A stretch of 64,000 nt of DNA from Sphaerochaetaceae bacterium (GTDB lineage: Bacteria; Spirochaetota; Spirochaetia; Sphaerochaetales; Sphaerochaetaceae), in NCBI GenBank assembly GCA_963678415.1, contig OY782833.1, positions 818,648 to 882,647 of the forward strand, written 5' to 3'. Each line of letters starts with the position of its first letter. The first letter of the stretch is position 1. This document shows positions 1-10,790 of the stretch, piece after piece. Below the pieces are notes generated by a model. It was not told the origin of the DNA and did no database searches. It worked only from the letters and a program-made list of their open reading frames with translations. The position numbers and the translations under genes are program-made.

Positions 1-327
1 TTTGATGAAGCTGTTAATTTCATAAAAGATAAACCAAAACCTTTAGCTGCTTATTTATTTACAAAAAACAAAAGACAAATGGAATATTTTAGTTCAAACA
101 TAAGTTTTGGTGGCGGTTGTATAAATGATTGTAATATTCATCTAGCAAATTCAAACTTACCTTTTGGTGGAGTTGGAGAAAGTGGAATGGGATGTTATCA
201 TGGAAAACATGGTTATGATACATTTACTCACTATAAATCAATAACTAAGAAAAGCAACATAATAGATATTAAACTAAGAAACCCTCCATTAAAGGGTAAA
301 TTGTCTAAAATAAAGCGTATAATGTAA
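1..327 (+). CDS. Aldehyde dehydrogenase, C-terminal fragment (5' end outside window)
   Basis: Frame 1 is open from base 1. The translation FDEAVNFIKDKPKPLAAYLFT...PFGGVGESGMGCYHGKHGYDTF carries the conserved ALDH C-terminal PFGG(V/I)G.SG motif. Confidence 0.7.
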   Translation, partial: FDEAVNFIKDKPKPLAAYLFTKNKRQMEYFSSNISFGGGCINDCNIHLANSNLPFGGVGESGMGCYHGKHGYDTFTHYKSITKKSNIIDIKLRNPPLKGKLSKIKRIM

Positions 328-381
328 ATTTTCTTGATAAATCAAAAATTCCACCTTATGATATTTTTAAAGGGGGGAAGA

Positions 382-1275
382 ATGAAAAAAATTTTAATTA
401 TTTTTTTAACATTACTTTTCATTAATGTTAATCTATTTAGTGCTATAGATTTTTCTAAAGCTGATGATTTATATCTAAAAGATGATATGGATCAAACAAC
501 TTCAATTTTACAAGAAAAACTAAATTTAGCAAAAACAGATGAGGAAAAATCAGAGGTATATTGGAGATTATCAAGGGTTCAAGTTAATTTAGGAGATAAA
601 GCTGAATCAAATAATGAAAAATTAAAAATTTACAACGAAGGTCTTGATTATGCATTAAAATCAATTGAATTGCATAACAATTCTTTAGCATATCTTTGGA
701 AAGCAAGCAATATTGGACGAATTGGACAAACAACTGGTATTTTAAAATCTCTTGCTGCCGCTAGTGATATGCGTGGCGATTTAAAAATAATTGTAAATGA
801 TTTTGACAATTTAAAATCAAGTGAAACTTGGTATGTACTTGGTTCCCTATATACTTCAGTACCTGGAGGTTTTATTTCTTTTGGTAATAATAATTTTGGA
901 ATTTCATATTTCAGGAAAGCCATTGATACAATCCCAGATGATGTAGTATATCCAAACCACTATAAAGCTTTAGCAGAAGCTCTATACAAAAGAAACTGGG
1001 ATAAAAATAAAAGAGCTAAAGAATTTAAAGCAATGTTTTCAAGCTGGGATAAAGCATCAAAGTCTTATGACAAATTTGCATATTACGAAGGCTATGAAAA
1101 AGGTAATAATACCCCCTATTATTCTTCAGTGGCATTGAACAAAATGAGTGACAGACAAGAAGCTGTTATGCTATTAAATTACGCTATAGCTAAATTTAAT
1201 GTTTGGCCTTATCATACTCAAAGTGAAATAGAAGCAATTGAAGAAATTAATAATCTAAAATCTCAATGGACATAA
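382..1275 (+). CDS. Secreted helical-repeat (TPR-like) protein, function unknown
   Basis: ATG at 382 is preceded by the AGGGGGGAAG SD. N-terminus MKKILIIFLTLLFINVNLFSA is a signal peptide. The upstream TTG at 334 in the ORF track lacks an SD. Confidence 0.5.
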   Translation: MKKILIIFLTLLFINVNLFSAIDFSKADDLYLKDDMDQTTSILQEKLNLAKTDEEKSEVYWRLSRVQVNLGDKAESNNEKLKIYNEGLDYALKSIELHNNSLAYLWKASNIGRIGQTTGILKSLAAASDMRGDLKIIVNDFDNLKSSETWYVLGSLYTSVPGGFISFGNNNFGISYFRKAIDTIPDDVVYPNHYKALAEALYKRNWDKNKRAKEFKAMFSSWDKASKSYDKFAYYEGYEKGNNTPYYSSVALNKMSDRQEAVMLLNYAIAKFNVWPYHTQSEIEAIEEINNLKSQWT

Positions 1276-1298
1276 AATTATAAATAAGATTCAAAAGG

Positions 1299-1331
1299 GC
1301 TTGATAGAAACATTTATCAAGCTCTTTTTTT
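1299..1331 (+). terminator. Rho-independent terminator
   Basis: GCTTGATA-8nt-TATCAAGC stem followed by TCTTTTTTT. Confidence 0.6.
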
Positions 1332-1492
1332 AAACAATTACCAATTTGTATTTTTCTCTATTTTTTATTACCTTTGTTATATAATTTATTATTACATTGA
1401 AAAATAATATTTTTTTTGATAACCTACCTTAGGTTTAATCTTTTTAGAAAAAGAAAATTATTTAGGAGTAAAACGAACACGTTTAAAAACAT

Positions 1493-3526
1493 ATGATAGC
1501 AGATAAAACAAGAAACATCGGTATTATGGCTCACATTGATGCCGGTAAAACAACTACAACAGAAAGAATATTATATTATAGTGGCGTAAATCATAAAATT
1601 GGTGAAGTAGATAACGGTAATGCTACAATGGACTGGATGGAACAAGAACAAAACAGAGGTATAACCATTGTAAGTGCTGCAACTACTTGTTTTTGGAAAG
1701 ATCACCAAATTAATATTATTGATACTCCTGGCCACGTAGACTTTACAGCTGAAGTAGAAAGATCTCTTAGAGTTCTCGATGGTGCAGTTGGAGTTTTCTG
1801 TGCAGTTGGAGGTGTTGAACCTCAAACAGAAACAGTTTGGAGACAAGCAGATACTTATAAAGTACCAAGAATTGCTTTTGTTAATAAAATGGATAGATTA
1901 GGTGCTGATTTCTACAATGCAATTGAAGAAATGCAAAAGAAATTAAAAGCTAATCCAGTACCTCTCTTTATTCCTGTTGGAAGCGAAAGTAACTTTTCAG
2001 GTATCATTGATTTAATAAGCTTAAAATATTTAACTTTTGATCAAAATGATTTAGGTGAAACAATAATAGAAAATGAAATCCCAGCAGATATGGAAGATTT
2101 AGTAAATGAATGGAGAGAAAATTTAATCGATAAAGCTTCATCCTTTGATGAAGAAATTATGGATCAATTTTTTAACGAAGAACCAATTGCTGAAGAAAAA
2201 ATCAAAGCTGCTATTAGAAAAGGCTGTTTAAAAAGAGAATTACTACCAGTATTTGTAGGATCATCCTTAAAAAATATTGGAGTACAACCAGTACTAGATG
2301 GGGTTATTGATTATTTACCAAATCCTGCTGATATTACTACAGTTTATGGTATTAATACAAAAAAAGAAAATGAAGTACAAATTCTTCATGATGAAAATGC
2401 TCAACCTTTAGCACTTATCTTTAAAATTCAAATGGATAAAGAAGCTGGAATTCTCTCTTATGTAAGAGTTTATAGAGGATCTTTGAAAAAAGGTTCTAAT
2501 ATTTATAATGTTACAAAATCAAAAAGAGTTAGAATTGGAAGAATTTTAAGAATGCATGCAGATAGAAGAGAAGACTTAAATGAATTAACTGCAGGCGATA
2601 TCGGTGTAATTGTTGGATTCAAAGATGTTCAAACAGGAGATACAATATCAAGCGAAGGAGAAAAAATTCTACTTGAAAAAATGGTATTCCCTACCCCTGT
2701 TATATCTATTGCAATTGAACCTAACTCTCAAGATGATAGTGATAAACTAAAAAAAGCTTTAGAACAACTTTCAATGGAAGATCCAACTTTCACATATAAA
2801 GATGATAGCGATACTGGACAATTAGTAATTAGTGGTATGGGTGAATTACACTTAGATGTTTTAGTAACTAGATTAAAAGATGAAATGAAAATTGCAGCTC
2901 ATGTTGGTAATCCTCAAGTTTCATATAGAGAAAGCATAACTACTGAAGCTAAAGGTAGTGAAGAATTTAATAAAGTTATTGCAAATAAAGAAAACTTTGC
3001 TGGCATTTCTATTGAAGTAAAACCTTTACCAATTAGAAGTGGTAATAAATTTGAAATAACAGCAAATACTAGAGGAATTGATAAAAAATATCTTGATGCA
3101 ATTGAAAGAGGAATTACAAATTCATTCTTAAGTGGAATCAAATATGGTTATGAAGTATGTGATTTATCAGTAACTGTTACAGATATTCAATATAATGAAT
3201 TAACTGCTAGTGAATTTGCTTTTGAAGCTTGTTCAGCTATGTGTTTTGACAAAGTATGTCAAAGTGCAAACCCTGTAATTATGGAACCAATTATGAAAGT
3301 CGAAATTGTTGTACCAAATCAATATATCGGTGAAGTAATTGGAAACTTAACTAGCCGAGGTGGACTTGTAAATAAAATTGATTCAAAAACTAATGCTGAC
3401 CATATTAGTGCAGAATCCCCATTATCAAAAATGTTTGGTTATTCTACAGCTCTAAGATCAGCAACACAAGGCAGAGGAAATTTCTCAATGGAGTTTGATC
3501 ACTATTCTCCAAAAGATGGAAAATAA
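1493..3526 (+). CDS. fusA: Elongation factor G (canonical GTPase motifs)
   Basis: AHIDAGKTT (G1), DTPGHVDF (G3), NKMDR (G4), with domains II-V recognisable. It is not in an rpsL-rpsG-fusA-tuf context. Confidence 0.9.
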   Translation: MIADKTRNIGIMAHIDAGKTTTTERILYYSGVNHKIGEVDNGNATMDWMEQEQNRGITIVSAATTCFWKDHQINIIDTPGHVDFTAEVERSLRVLDGAVGVFCAVGGVEPQTETVWRQADTYKVPRIAFVNKMDRLGADFYNAIEEMQKKLKANPVPLFIPVGSESNFSGIIDLISLKYLTFDQNDLGETIIENEIPADMEDLVNEWRENLIDKASSFDEEIMDQFFNEEPIAEEKIKAAIRKGCLKRELLPVFVGSSLKNIGVQPVLDGVIDYLPNPADITTVYGINTKKENEVQILHDENAQPLALIFKIQMDKEAGILSYVRVYRGSLKKGSNIYNVTKSKRVRIGRILRMHADRREDLNELTAGDIGVIVGFKDVQTGDTISSEGEKILLEKMVFPTPVISIAIEPNSQDDSDKLKKALEQLSMEDPTFTYKDDSDTGQLVISGMGELHLDVLVTRLKDEMKIAAHVGNPQVSYRESITTEAKGSEEFNKVIANKENFAGISIEVKPLPIRSGNKFEITANTRGIDKKYLDAIERGITNSFLSGIKYGYEVCDLSVTVTDIQYNELTASEFAFEACSAMCFDKVCQSANPVIMEPIMKVEIVVPNQYIGEVIGNLTSRGGLVNKIDSKTNADHISAESPLSKMFGYSTALRSATQGRGNFSMEFDHYSPKDGK

Positions 3527-3559
3527 ACTTTTTCTTGTATTAAAATAATTGAGGTTTTT

Positions 3560-3889
3560 ATGAAAAATAAAAAAGATGATTTAAAAAAAATCTTTGCTAA
3601 AAATTTAAAAAATAAAAGAAAGGATAAAAATTTAACTCAAGCTGAACTAGCTGAAAAAATTGGCCTTTCACCCTCTTTTATTACAGAAATTGAAAATGGA
3701 AGGAAAGCTCCTTCCTTTTCAAATATTGAAAAAATTGCTTCAATTTTAGAGACTCCCCCTTGGGTATTTTTCTTTGAAAACGAATACACTTTTAAATCAG
3801 AATTTAATAATGAGAACTTATTTTCTTTTGAATTAAAAAATGCAATTAACAATTCAATTGATGATTTTTTAAAAAATAAACAGAAATAA
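3560..3889 (+). CDS. XRE-family helix-turn-helix transcriptional regulator
   Basis: LTQAELAEKIGLSPSFITEIENGRKAPSFSNIEKIA is a classic Cro/C1-type HTH. GAGG SD lies upstream. Confidence 0.75.
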   Translation: MKNKKDDLKKIFAKNLKNKRKDKNLTQAELAEKIGLSPSFITEIENGRKAPSFSNIEKIASILETPPWVFFFENEYTFKSEFNNENLFSFELKNAINNSIDDFLKNKQK

Positions 3890-3909
3890 AAATATTGATA
3901 AAAAAATTT

Positions 3910-3943
3910 AATACCTACCTAACAATAAGTAGGTATTTTTTTT
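3910..3943 (+). terminator. Rho-independent terminator
   Basis: AATACCTAC-loop-GTAGGTATT followed by a T6 run. Confidence 0.6.
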
Positions 3944-4032
3944 AACTTCATGCAAGTAAAATAATTAATTTTTTTTCTAGACAAATTTCTTCTAAAATGT
4001 CAATACATTTTTCTAATAAAATAATAAAAAGT

Positions 4033-4061
4033 TTGACATATAGATTTTGCGGGCTTAACAT
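4033..4061 (+). promoter_or_regulatory. Candidate sigma70-type promoter for the EF-G-II gene
   Basis: TTGACA (4033-4038), 17-nt spacer, TAACAT (4056-4061). Confidence 0.4.
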
Positions 4062-4106
4062 ATAAGAAATACGCAAATAGCTTTTTAAAAGCGATAAGGA
4101 GGAATT

Positions 4107-6179
4107 ATGAGCGTTACCAGTACTGATTTAAGGAACGTCGCAATTGTGGGCCACAATGGTACCGGAAAAACCTCTTTAATGGAGCAACTACTCTATTATG
4201 GGAAGGTTATTTCTAAGGTTGAAACTGTTGAAAGTGGAAAAACCACTAGCGATTTTACCGAAGAAGAAATTAAGAAACAAATTTCCATTCACACCAGTCT
4301 TGCAAATCTAGATTGGGATGGAAAATGCCTCAATATCCTTGATACTCCTGGTTATTCAGGATTTATCGGTGAAGCAATTTGTGGCTTTAGAGCAACTGAA
4401 GCCTCTCTTATGGTTGTAGATGCTAGAGATGGAGCCCAAATTGAAACTATTAAGCTTTGGCGTCGTTTAGATAATAGAAATAAACCTCGTGCTGTCTTCA
4501 TTAATAAAATGGACAGAGATAGAGCAAGCTATACAAATGTCATTAATGATTTAAGAGAACATTTCGATGCTACTTTTGTTCCAACATTTATACCAATGGG
4601 TAATGGTGAGAATTTTAAAGGCATCATAAATTTAATTGAAGATAAAGCCTATTTCTTCAAAGAAAACGAATTAGAAACAGTTGGAGAAATACCTCAAGAA
4701 TATAAAGAATATGAAGAGACGTATAGAGAACAATTAATTGAATATGCAGCAGAAGGTGCTGATGACTTAATCGAAAAATATTTTGACGAAGGTACATTAG
4801 GACCTGAAGATATTAGACGTGGATTAAGAGAAGGTTTAGCTGATAATAGAGTTGTCCCAGTATTCTGTGGAGCAACGATTAAAGGCAGCGGAATTATTTC
4901 TCTATTAAACTTCATTGCACACAATTTCCCATCCCCTATTGATCAAATTGAATGGATCAATGATGAAGATGTACAACAACAGGATATGAAAATTACAGAA
5001 GATGGTTATGCTAGTGCATATGTATTTAAGACAACAATTGACCAATTTAGTGGAAAATTAAGTTTCTTAAAAGTTGCATCTGGAACATTAACCACTGATA
5101 TGGAAATGTATAATCCTGAACTAAAGAAAAAAGAAAAGATTGGTAAAGTTTATCGAGCTGTTGGTAAAAAACTAATAGAAACTGATAAACTTATTGCTGG
5201 AGATATTGGAATTATAGCAAAAAGCAATATCTCTTCAACAAACTGTACTTTATTGCAGAATCTAAATGAACAAAAATTCACTTTCAAACCATTAGCTCTT
5301 CCTCACCCAATTTATTCACTTGCAATCTCAACAGATGATAAAAAGAGTGCTGATAAATTGAATGAATCTCTTCATAAAATTTGCGAAGAAGATTTAACCT
5401 TCCAAACAAAATTTAATGAAGAAACAAAAGAATCTGTAATTATGGGAATGGGTGATGTTCACCTTCAAATGATTTTAGATAAAATTTCTGAAAAACAGAA
5501 AATTGCAATTCATACAAAATTACCAAAAATAGCATATAGAGAAACAATCAATAAAAAGAGTGGAATTGTTGAATATGCTCACAAAAAACAAAGTGGTGGA
5601 CATGGACAATATGGTAAAGTATTGATTGAAATAGAACCGCTTGAACGTGGTTTAGAATATGAATTTGTTAATTCAATTAAAGGTGGTTCTGTATCTAAAG
5701 GATATATACCAGGAATCGAAAAAGGTTTACATGAGAAAATGAGCGAAGGTTTCTTAGCTAAATATCCTCTTGTAGATATAAGAATCAATCTAGTCGATGG
5801 TAAAGAGCACCCTGTTGACTCCTCAGAAATGGCTTTTAAATTAGCCGCAAAAGGAGCATTAGATTTAGCTTTAGAAAAAGCTAATGTATCTTTACTTGAA
5901 CCATTTATGAATGTAAAAGTATTTGTAGATAATCAATATCTTGGAGATATCCTTTCTGATTTATCAAGTAAAAGAGGACGTGTTACTGGTCAAAAAGAAT
6001 TTGGACAATTACAAGAAGTTGATGCACAAGTTCCCCAAAGCGAAATGTTAAATTATGCTATTGATTTAAAGAGTATGACATCTGGAACTGGTAGTTATGA
6101 GGTAGAATTCTCTCATTACGAAACCTTAACTGGAAGAAATGCTGATAATGTAATAGCAGCTTCAAAAGAAGAAGAATAA
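4107..6179 (+). CDS. EF-G-II type elongation factor G paralogue
   Basis: GHNGTGKTS (G1), DTPGYSGF (G3, Tyr where the catalytic His normally sits), NKMDR (G4), full five-domain length. AAGGAGG SD. Confidence 0.85.
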   Translation: MSVTSTDLRNVAIVGHNGTGKTSLMEQLLYYGKVISKVETVESGKTTSDFTEEEIKKQISIHTSLANLDWDGKCLNILDTPGYSGFIGEAICGFRATEASLMVVDARDGAQIETIKLWRRLDNRNKPRAVFINKMDRDRASYTNVINDLREHFDATFVPTFIPMGNGENFKGIINLIEDKAYFFKENELETVGEIPQEYKEYEETYREQLIEYAAEGADDLIEKYFDEGTLGPEDIRRGLREGLADNRVVPVFCGATIKGSGIISLLNFIAHNFPSPIDQIEWINDEDVQQQDMKITEDGYASAYVFKTTIDQFSGKLSFLKVASGTLTTDMEMYNPELKKKEKIGKVYRAVGKKLIETDKLIAGDIGIIAKSNISSTNCTLLQNLNEQKFTFKPLALPHPIYSLAISTDDKKSADKLNESLHKICEEDLTFQTKFNEETKESVIMGMGDVHLQMILDKISEKQKIAIHTKLPKIAYRETINKKSGIVEYAHKKQSGGHGQYGKVLIEIEPLERGLEYEFVNSIKGGSVSKGYIPGIEKGLHEKMSEGFLAKYPLVDIRINLVDGKEHPVDSSEMAFKLAAKGALDLALEKANVSLLEPFMNVKVFVDNQYLGDILSDLSSKRGRVTGQKEFGQLQEVDAQVPQSEMLNYAIDLKSMTSGTGSYEVEFSHYETLTGRNADNVIAASKEEE

Positions 6180-6202
6180 AAATTTTTCGGAGACCCAAAA
6201 TT

Positions 6203-6234
6203 GGACTATCATTAATTTTGATAGTCCTTTTTTA
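6203..6234 (+). terminator. Rho-independent terminator
   Basis: GGACTATCA-7nt-TGATAGTCC followed by TTTTTTATT. Confidence 0.65.
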
Positions 6235-6317
6235 TTATTAATTATTCAAGATTAAATTTGTACATCTTGTTAAATTTAGGAAAAAGCTTTATTTTCAAAG
6301 AAAATAGGAGACATTTT

Positions 6318-6620
6318 ATGGATTTTACAATCGAAAAAAATAAAATTTATTATACAAAGGATAATCAAGAATTAGCTTATATTCTATTAGATTATACACC
6401 AGACAACTTAGTAGTATTTGAAAAAGTATTTGTAGATCCTCAATTAAGAGGACAAGGAGTTGCTTCAAAAATAATGCAATTTGCAGCTGACTACTTCAAG
6501 GAAAAGAATATGAAAGTTGTTCCTATGTGTTCATACGCAAATTCTTGGTATTTAAAACATGAAGAATATCTTTCTGGTGCAAAGATGCCAGAAGATGGTC
6601 CATGTTGTAAATTAAATTAA
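6318..6620 (+). CDS. Small GNAT-like acetyltransferase (YjdJ-like)
   Basis: ATG at 6318 follows an AGGAG SD. VDPQLRGQGVASKIM...VVPMCSYA matches the short GNAT_2/YjdJ-type fold signature. Confidence 0.6.
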   Translation: MDFTIEKNKIYYTKDNQELAYILLDYTPDNLVVFEKVFVDPQLRGQGVASKIMQFAADYFKEKNMKVVPMCSYANSWYLKHEEYLSGAKMPEDGPCCKLN

Positions 6621-6625
6621 TTAAT

Positions 6626-6676
6626 AAAAAAGCTTTCAAAATGAACAGTTACCATATCAAATTGAAAGCTTTTTTT
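6626..6676. terminator. Bidirectional hairpin between convergent genes
   Basis: AAAAAGCTTTCAA ... TTGAAAGCTTTTT, flanked by A and T runs. The loop is long (about 21 nt). Confidence 0.45.
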
Positions 6677-6685
6677 ATCTAATTT

Positions 6686-7426
6686 TTATTGTTTCTCAAA
6701 CCAAACTTCATTAATTTTATAATCTAGTTTTACACCTCTTCTTTCATATTTAGTTGTAGGTCTCCAATCTCGACTATCAGCAAATCCCTCATAACTGTTT
6801 TTCATATTATCAGTATTAGTTAATACATCTAACATTTGATCTGCATAATCTTGCCAATCTGTAACACAATAAATATATCCACCTTTAACTAATTTCTTTG
6901 ATAAAAGATTTGTAAACGGTAATTGAATTAATCTTCTTTTATTATGTTTTTTCTTTTGCCAAGGATCAGGAAAGAAAATATGGAACCCCGCAATAGACTC
7001 ATCCTCAATCATGTCATTTAATACGGCTACCGCATCAAATCTCATTAATCGAACATTTTCAATTTGTTCATCACCTACAACTGATAAAAGTTTAGTGAAA
7101 CCATTCAAAAAAACTTCTATTGCAATATAGTTATAATTATCTCTATCTCTAGCAATCCTTTGTGTGGACTCCCCAGTTCCAAAACCAATTTCAATTATAA
7201 CTGGTTTATCATTATTAAATACAGCTTTATAATCTAACTTTTTATTTTCATATCTAATTGCATAATGCTCATAATACTTTCTAACAGCTTCAAGTTGAAA
7301 TGTATATAATTTATTAGTTCTTAGAATAAAAGAATGAACTTCCCTGTTTGTTTTATCCAAGTCCTTCTTTTCAACAATAGCTAGTTCAGGATATTCATCA
7401 TATATAGATTGTGCTTTTTCTCTCAT
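6686..7426 (-). CDS. trmB: tRNA (guanine-N7)-methyltransferase
   Basis: EIGFGTGES SAM-binding motif and FPDPWQKKKHNKRR motif typical of TrmB. Confidence 0.85.
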   Translation of the reverse strand: MREKAQSIYDEYPELAIVEKKDLDKTNREVHSFILRTNKLYTFQLEAVRKYYEHYAIRYENKKLDYKAVFNNDKPVIIEIGFGTGESTQRIARDRDNYNYIAIEVFLNGFTKLLSVVGDEQIENVRLMRFDAVAVLNDMIEDESIAGFHIFFPDPWQKKKHNKRRLIQLPFTNLLSKKLVKGGYIYCVTDWQDYADQMLDVLTNTDNMKNSYEGFADSRDWRPTTKYERRGVKLDYKINEVWFEKQ

Positions 7427-7434
7427 TTTTCCCT

Positions 7435-10400
7435 CTATAATAATCTTTGAAGCATTTCTAAAATAAATAAACTCTTATCTTTTAATGAAATTGCTTCTGT
7501 TTTTAATTTAATATATTCTGGACGTTTTGTATCATAGCTGACCGCCCCATTGCTATAAGGTAATAATCTCAATAATTTTTCACCATTGATATATTTAATA
7601 GCTCTGAATTTAGCTAATACATTTCCCTTTCTTTCTGTTAAATGAATTATCTTTAATTTTCTACATACAATTTTTAGTTCAGCAATATGTATTAAATTAC
7701 TTACCTCTTCAGGCATTTCACCAAACCTATCGGTTAATTCACTATTTAACATATCTAATTCTGCTTCAGTTTTTACAGTAGCAATTTTCTTATAAATTTC
7801 AAACTTAATTGAAGGCTCTTTAATATAATCATCTGGAATAAAACCTGTATAATCTAACTCTAAGAAGACTTCTTGTTCTAATTCATCTTTATCATTAGTT
7901 CTCAATTCATTAATTGCTTCATCGAGAATTCTAATATACATATCTAGTCCAACTGAAGCTAACTGACCACTTTGCTCTTTACCAAGTAAATTCCCTGCTC
8001 CACGAATTTCCATATCTCTCATTGAGACTTTAAATCCAGCTCCTAAGCCAGTATTTTCACCAATCGTTTTAAGTCTCTTTACTGCGATTTCACTTAAAGC
8101 TTTATCTGCAGGATATAAAAGATAAGCGTAAGCTTTATTATTGGATCTACCAACCCTACCTCTTAATTGATAAAGTTGTGCAATTCCATACATATCTGCT
8201 CTATCGATAATAATTGTATTAACATTTGGAATATCAATACCATTTTCAATAATTGTAGTAGAAACTAAAACTTGTATACCCTCATGAACAAATCTTCTCA
8301 TGGTATCTTCTAAAGCTTTTGGTTCCATCTGTCCATGTGCAGATTCAATAATTACATCAGGAAGCAATTCACTTAACATACTTACAACAGCATCAAGAGA
8401 TTCAATCCTATTATGTAAATAGAATATTTGTCCACCTCTAGCTATTTCTTTTTTTATTGCTTCAATAACTAGTTTAATATCATATTCAACAATTTTAGTT
8501 TCAATAGGATGCCTTGCTATTGGAGGCGTGGCCAATAAAGACATATCTCTAATTTTTAATAAAGACATATATAAAGTTCTAGGAATTGGTGTAGCGGATA
8601 AGGCCAAACTATCAATACTGGTTCTAATATTTTTAATTTTCTCTTTATCTTTTACTCCAAAACGTTGTTCTTCATCTATAACTAGCAAGCCAAGATCTTT
8701 ATAGATTATATCTTTTTGCAAAATCCTATGAGTTCCAAATAAAACATCAACTTTTCCATCAATTAAAGAAAGTAAAATCTTTTTTTGTTCTTTCTTTGGT
8801 ATAACCCTTGATAATAAGGCAACATTAACTGGAAAGTCTTTTACTCTTTCTACAAAGTTATTATAGTGCTGTTCAGCAAGAATTGTGGTTGGAGCTAAAA
8901 AAGCAACTTGTTTATTACTTAAAACTGCTTTGAAAGCAGCTCTAAAGGCAATTTCAGTTTTACCAAAACCTACATCACCACAAACAAGTCTATCCATAAC
9001 ACTATTGCTTTCCATATCTACTTTTATATCATCAATACATTTTAATTGATCAACTGTTTCTTGATAAGGGAATAATGCTTCAAATTGCAACTGCATATCA
9101 TTATCCCTATCAAAAGGGAAGCCAATAGCTGCTTTTCTTTTTGCATATAATTCAATTAAATATTTAGCAAGCTTTTCAGCATTAACACGAGCTTTAGCTT
9201 TTTTGTTTTCCCAAACACTTGAACCAATTTTATCTAACTTAGGAGAGGAGGATGAAGATCCTATATATCGTTGAACTAAGTTTGCTTGTTCAATTGGAAC
9301 ATATATATTATCCCCATTGGCATAAGCTATTTTGATATAGTCTCTTTCTCTATCAAAAGATTTAACTCTATCAATTTTTATGAATTTACCAATACCATAA
9401 TTTACATGAACAACATAATCGCCTTCATTTAAATCTACGAAAGAATCAAGTGGAGAACTCTTAGTATGCTGTAAAGTTTTAATTATTTGTTTTCTTCTAC
9501 CAAAGATTTCAGATTCACAAAAAGCAATTAATTTTATTGATGGAATAGAAAAGCCTCTAGAGATTTCATAATCAATATATTTAATTCTATTAAATTGCTT
9601 TAACATTTGCTGTAATCTTTGCTTTTGTATTGCATTACTAGTAAAAATATATACATTCCAATTTGATTGGAACATAGTTGTTAATTCACCTTTTAATCTA
9701 GTAAAATCACCAAAGTAGGAGCGCGGACCTTCAACATCAAAGCTATAAGCTTCATTATCTTTATTGATAATATCTACTAAAGTCATTTTATGAGATGCAC
9801 TTTGGAAAAATTTTGGGAAATCAAATAAAATTTGACTGTATGGTTTTATGCTTTTATCCCTATGGTAAGCTTCTCTATATAAACTCTTTGCTTCAGAGAT
9901 CAAACTCTTATAACTTGTATTTAATCGTACATCACCAATAAAACAAAAATAATCATCAGTTCTAAAATATGAATCAATTTTAGAAAAATTCAAATTTAAA
10001 TCATTTTCTTTTAATAAAGGAATACTTACTTTATCAATAACTTTAATTGTTTCCTGTGTTAAGGCATCAAATACAGCGATCTTCTCTACTACATCCCAAT
10101 CTGCATAAATTCTTATAGGATCTTCAAAAGAAAATGGAAATATATCAACAACTTCCCCTCTTAAGGAAAATTCTCCAGGCATTGAAGTACTTGGAACCCT
10201 TACATACCCTGCTTCACTGAAAATTTCAGCTATATTAGTAGGTTCAAATACATCTTTATGTCTAATAGTAAATGAAGTTGAGTTTAAAGTATTTTGACTA
10301 ACAACTTCACTAGCAAAAGCTCTTAAATGAGTAATTATAATAGATTCTTTAAAATCATCTATTTTTGTTAATGCTTCAAGTTGAGAGTATTCATTTTTAC

Positions 10401-10734
10401 CACTTTCAAATTCACTATAAATCTTTTTACCATTAGAGGGTAAATATAAGATTGGAACTTCATTATTATATCTATCTAAATTATTTATTCTATTTTCTTT
10501 ATCTACATCCTGAGCAAAATCTTTTAACAAATTCTTAGCACTATCTTGAGTTGAACAAATAACCCAAACTCTTTTTTTACGAGTTCTATATATTCGTCTA
10601 ACAAATTGAGCAAGAACAAAACCTTCTAATGATGTAATCTGAATATTATTATTACCAGAATTTAATTCTTTAAAGGCTTTACTAGTTTTTAAGTATTGTT
10701 GTATTTGGTCAGTTATATTATTATTATTTTCCAT
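7435..10734 (-). CDS. mfd: Transcription-repair coupling factor
   Basis: 1099 aa. GDVGFGKTE Walker A, DEEQRFG box, CarD/RID-like segment, TRG motif region, UvrB-homology N-terminus. Confidence 0.9.
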   Translation of the reverse strand: MENNNNITDQIQQYLKTSKAFKELNSGNNNIQITSLEGFVLAQFVRRIYRTRKKRVWVICSTQDSAKNLLKDFAQDVDKENRINNLDRYNNEVPILYLPSNGKKIYSEFESGKNEYSQLEALTKIDDFKESIIITHLRAFASEVVSQNTLNSTSFTIRHKDVFEPTNIAEIFSEAGYVRVPSTSMPGEFSLRGEVVDIFPFSFEDPIRIYADWDVVEKIAVFDALTQETIKVIDKVSIPLLKENDLNLNFSKIDSYFRTDDYFCFIGDVRLNTSYKSLISEAKSLYREAYHRDKSIKPYSQILFDFPKFFQSASHKMTLVDIINKDNEAYSFDVEGPRSYFGDFTRLKGELTTMFQSNWNVYIFTSNAIQKQRLQQMLKQFNRIKYIDYEISRGFSIPSIKLIAFCESEIFGRRKQIIKTLQHTKSSPLDSFVDLNEGDYVVHVNYGIGKFIKIDRVKSFDRERDYIKIAYANGDNIYVPIEQANLVQRYIGSSSSSPKLDKIGSSVWENKKAKARVNAEKLAKYLIELYAKRKAAIGFPFDRDNDMQLQFEALFPYQETVDQLKCIDDIKVDMESNSVMDRLVCGDVGFGKTEIAFRAAFKAVLSNKQVAFLAPTTILAEQHYNNFVERVKDFPVNVALLSRVIPKKEQKKILLSLIDGKVDVLFGTHRILQKDIIYKDLGLLVIDEEQRFGVKDKEKIKNIRTSIDSLALSATPIPRTLYMSLLKIRDMSLLATPPIARHPIETKIVEYDIKLVIEAIKKEIARGGQIFYLHNRIESLDAVVSMLSELLPDVIIESAHGQMEPKALEDTMRRFVHEGIQVLVSTTIIENGIDIPNVNTIIIDRADMYGIAQLYQLRGRVGRSNNKAYAYLLYPADKALSEIAVKRLKTIGENTGLGAGFKVSMRDMEIRGAGNLLGKEQSGQLASVGLDMYIRILDEAINELRTNDKDELEQEVFLELDYTGFIPDDYIKEPSIKFEIYKKIATVKTEAELDMLNSELTDRFGEMPEEVSNLIHIAELKIVCRKLKIIHLTERKGNVLAKFRAIKYINGEKLLRLLPYSNGAVSYDTKRPEYIKLKTEAISLKDKSLFILEMLQRLL

Positions 10735-10790
10735 AAGATGATTTACCTTATCATATTTAATTTAATTAAGACAAGAAACAAGGAATAATA

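Noticed and set aside
334-381. N-terminal extensions in the ORF track. Examples: 334 vs 382, 6258 vs 6318, 13455 vs 13413, 14366 vs 14408, 29657 vs 29711, 31260 vs 31296, 32184 vs 32196, 36933 vs 36951, 40437 vs 40356, 53934 vs 53877, 56298 vs 56355.
   Set aside because: In each case an internal ATG is preceded at 5-10 nt by a GGAG-type SD and yields the canonical family N-terminus. The longer start lacks an SD or overlaps the upstream gene.
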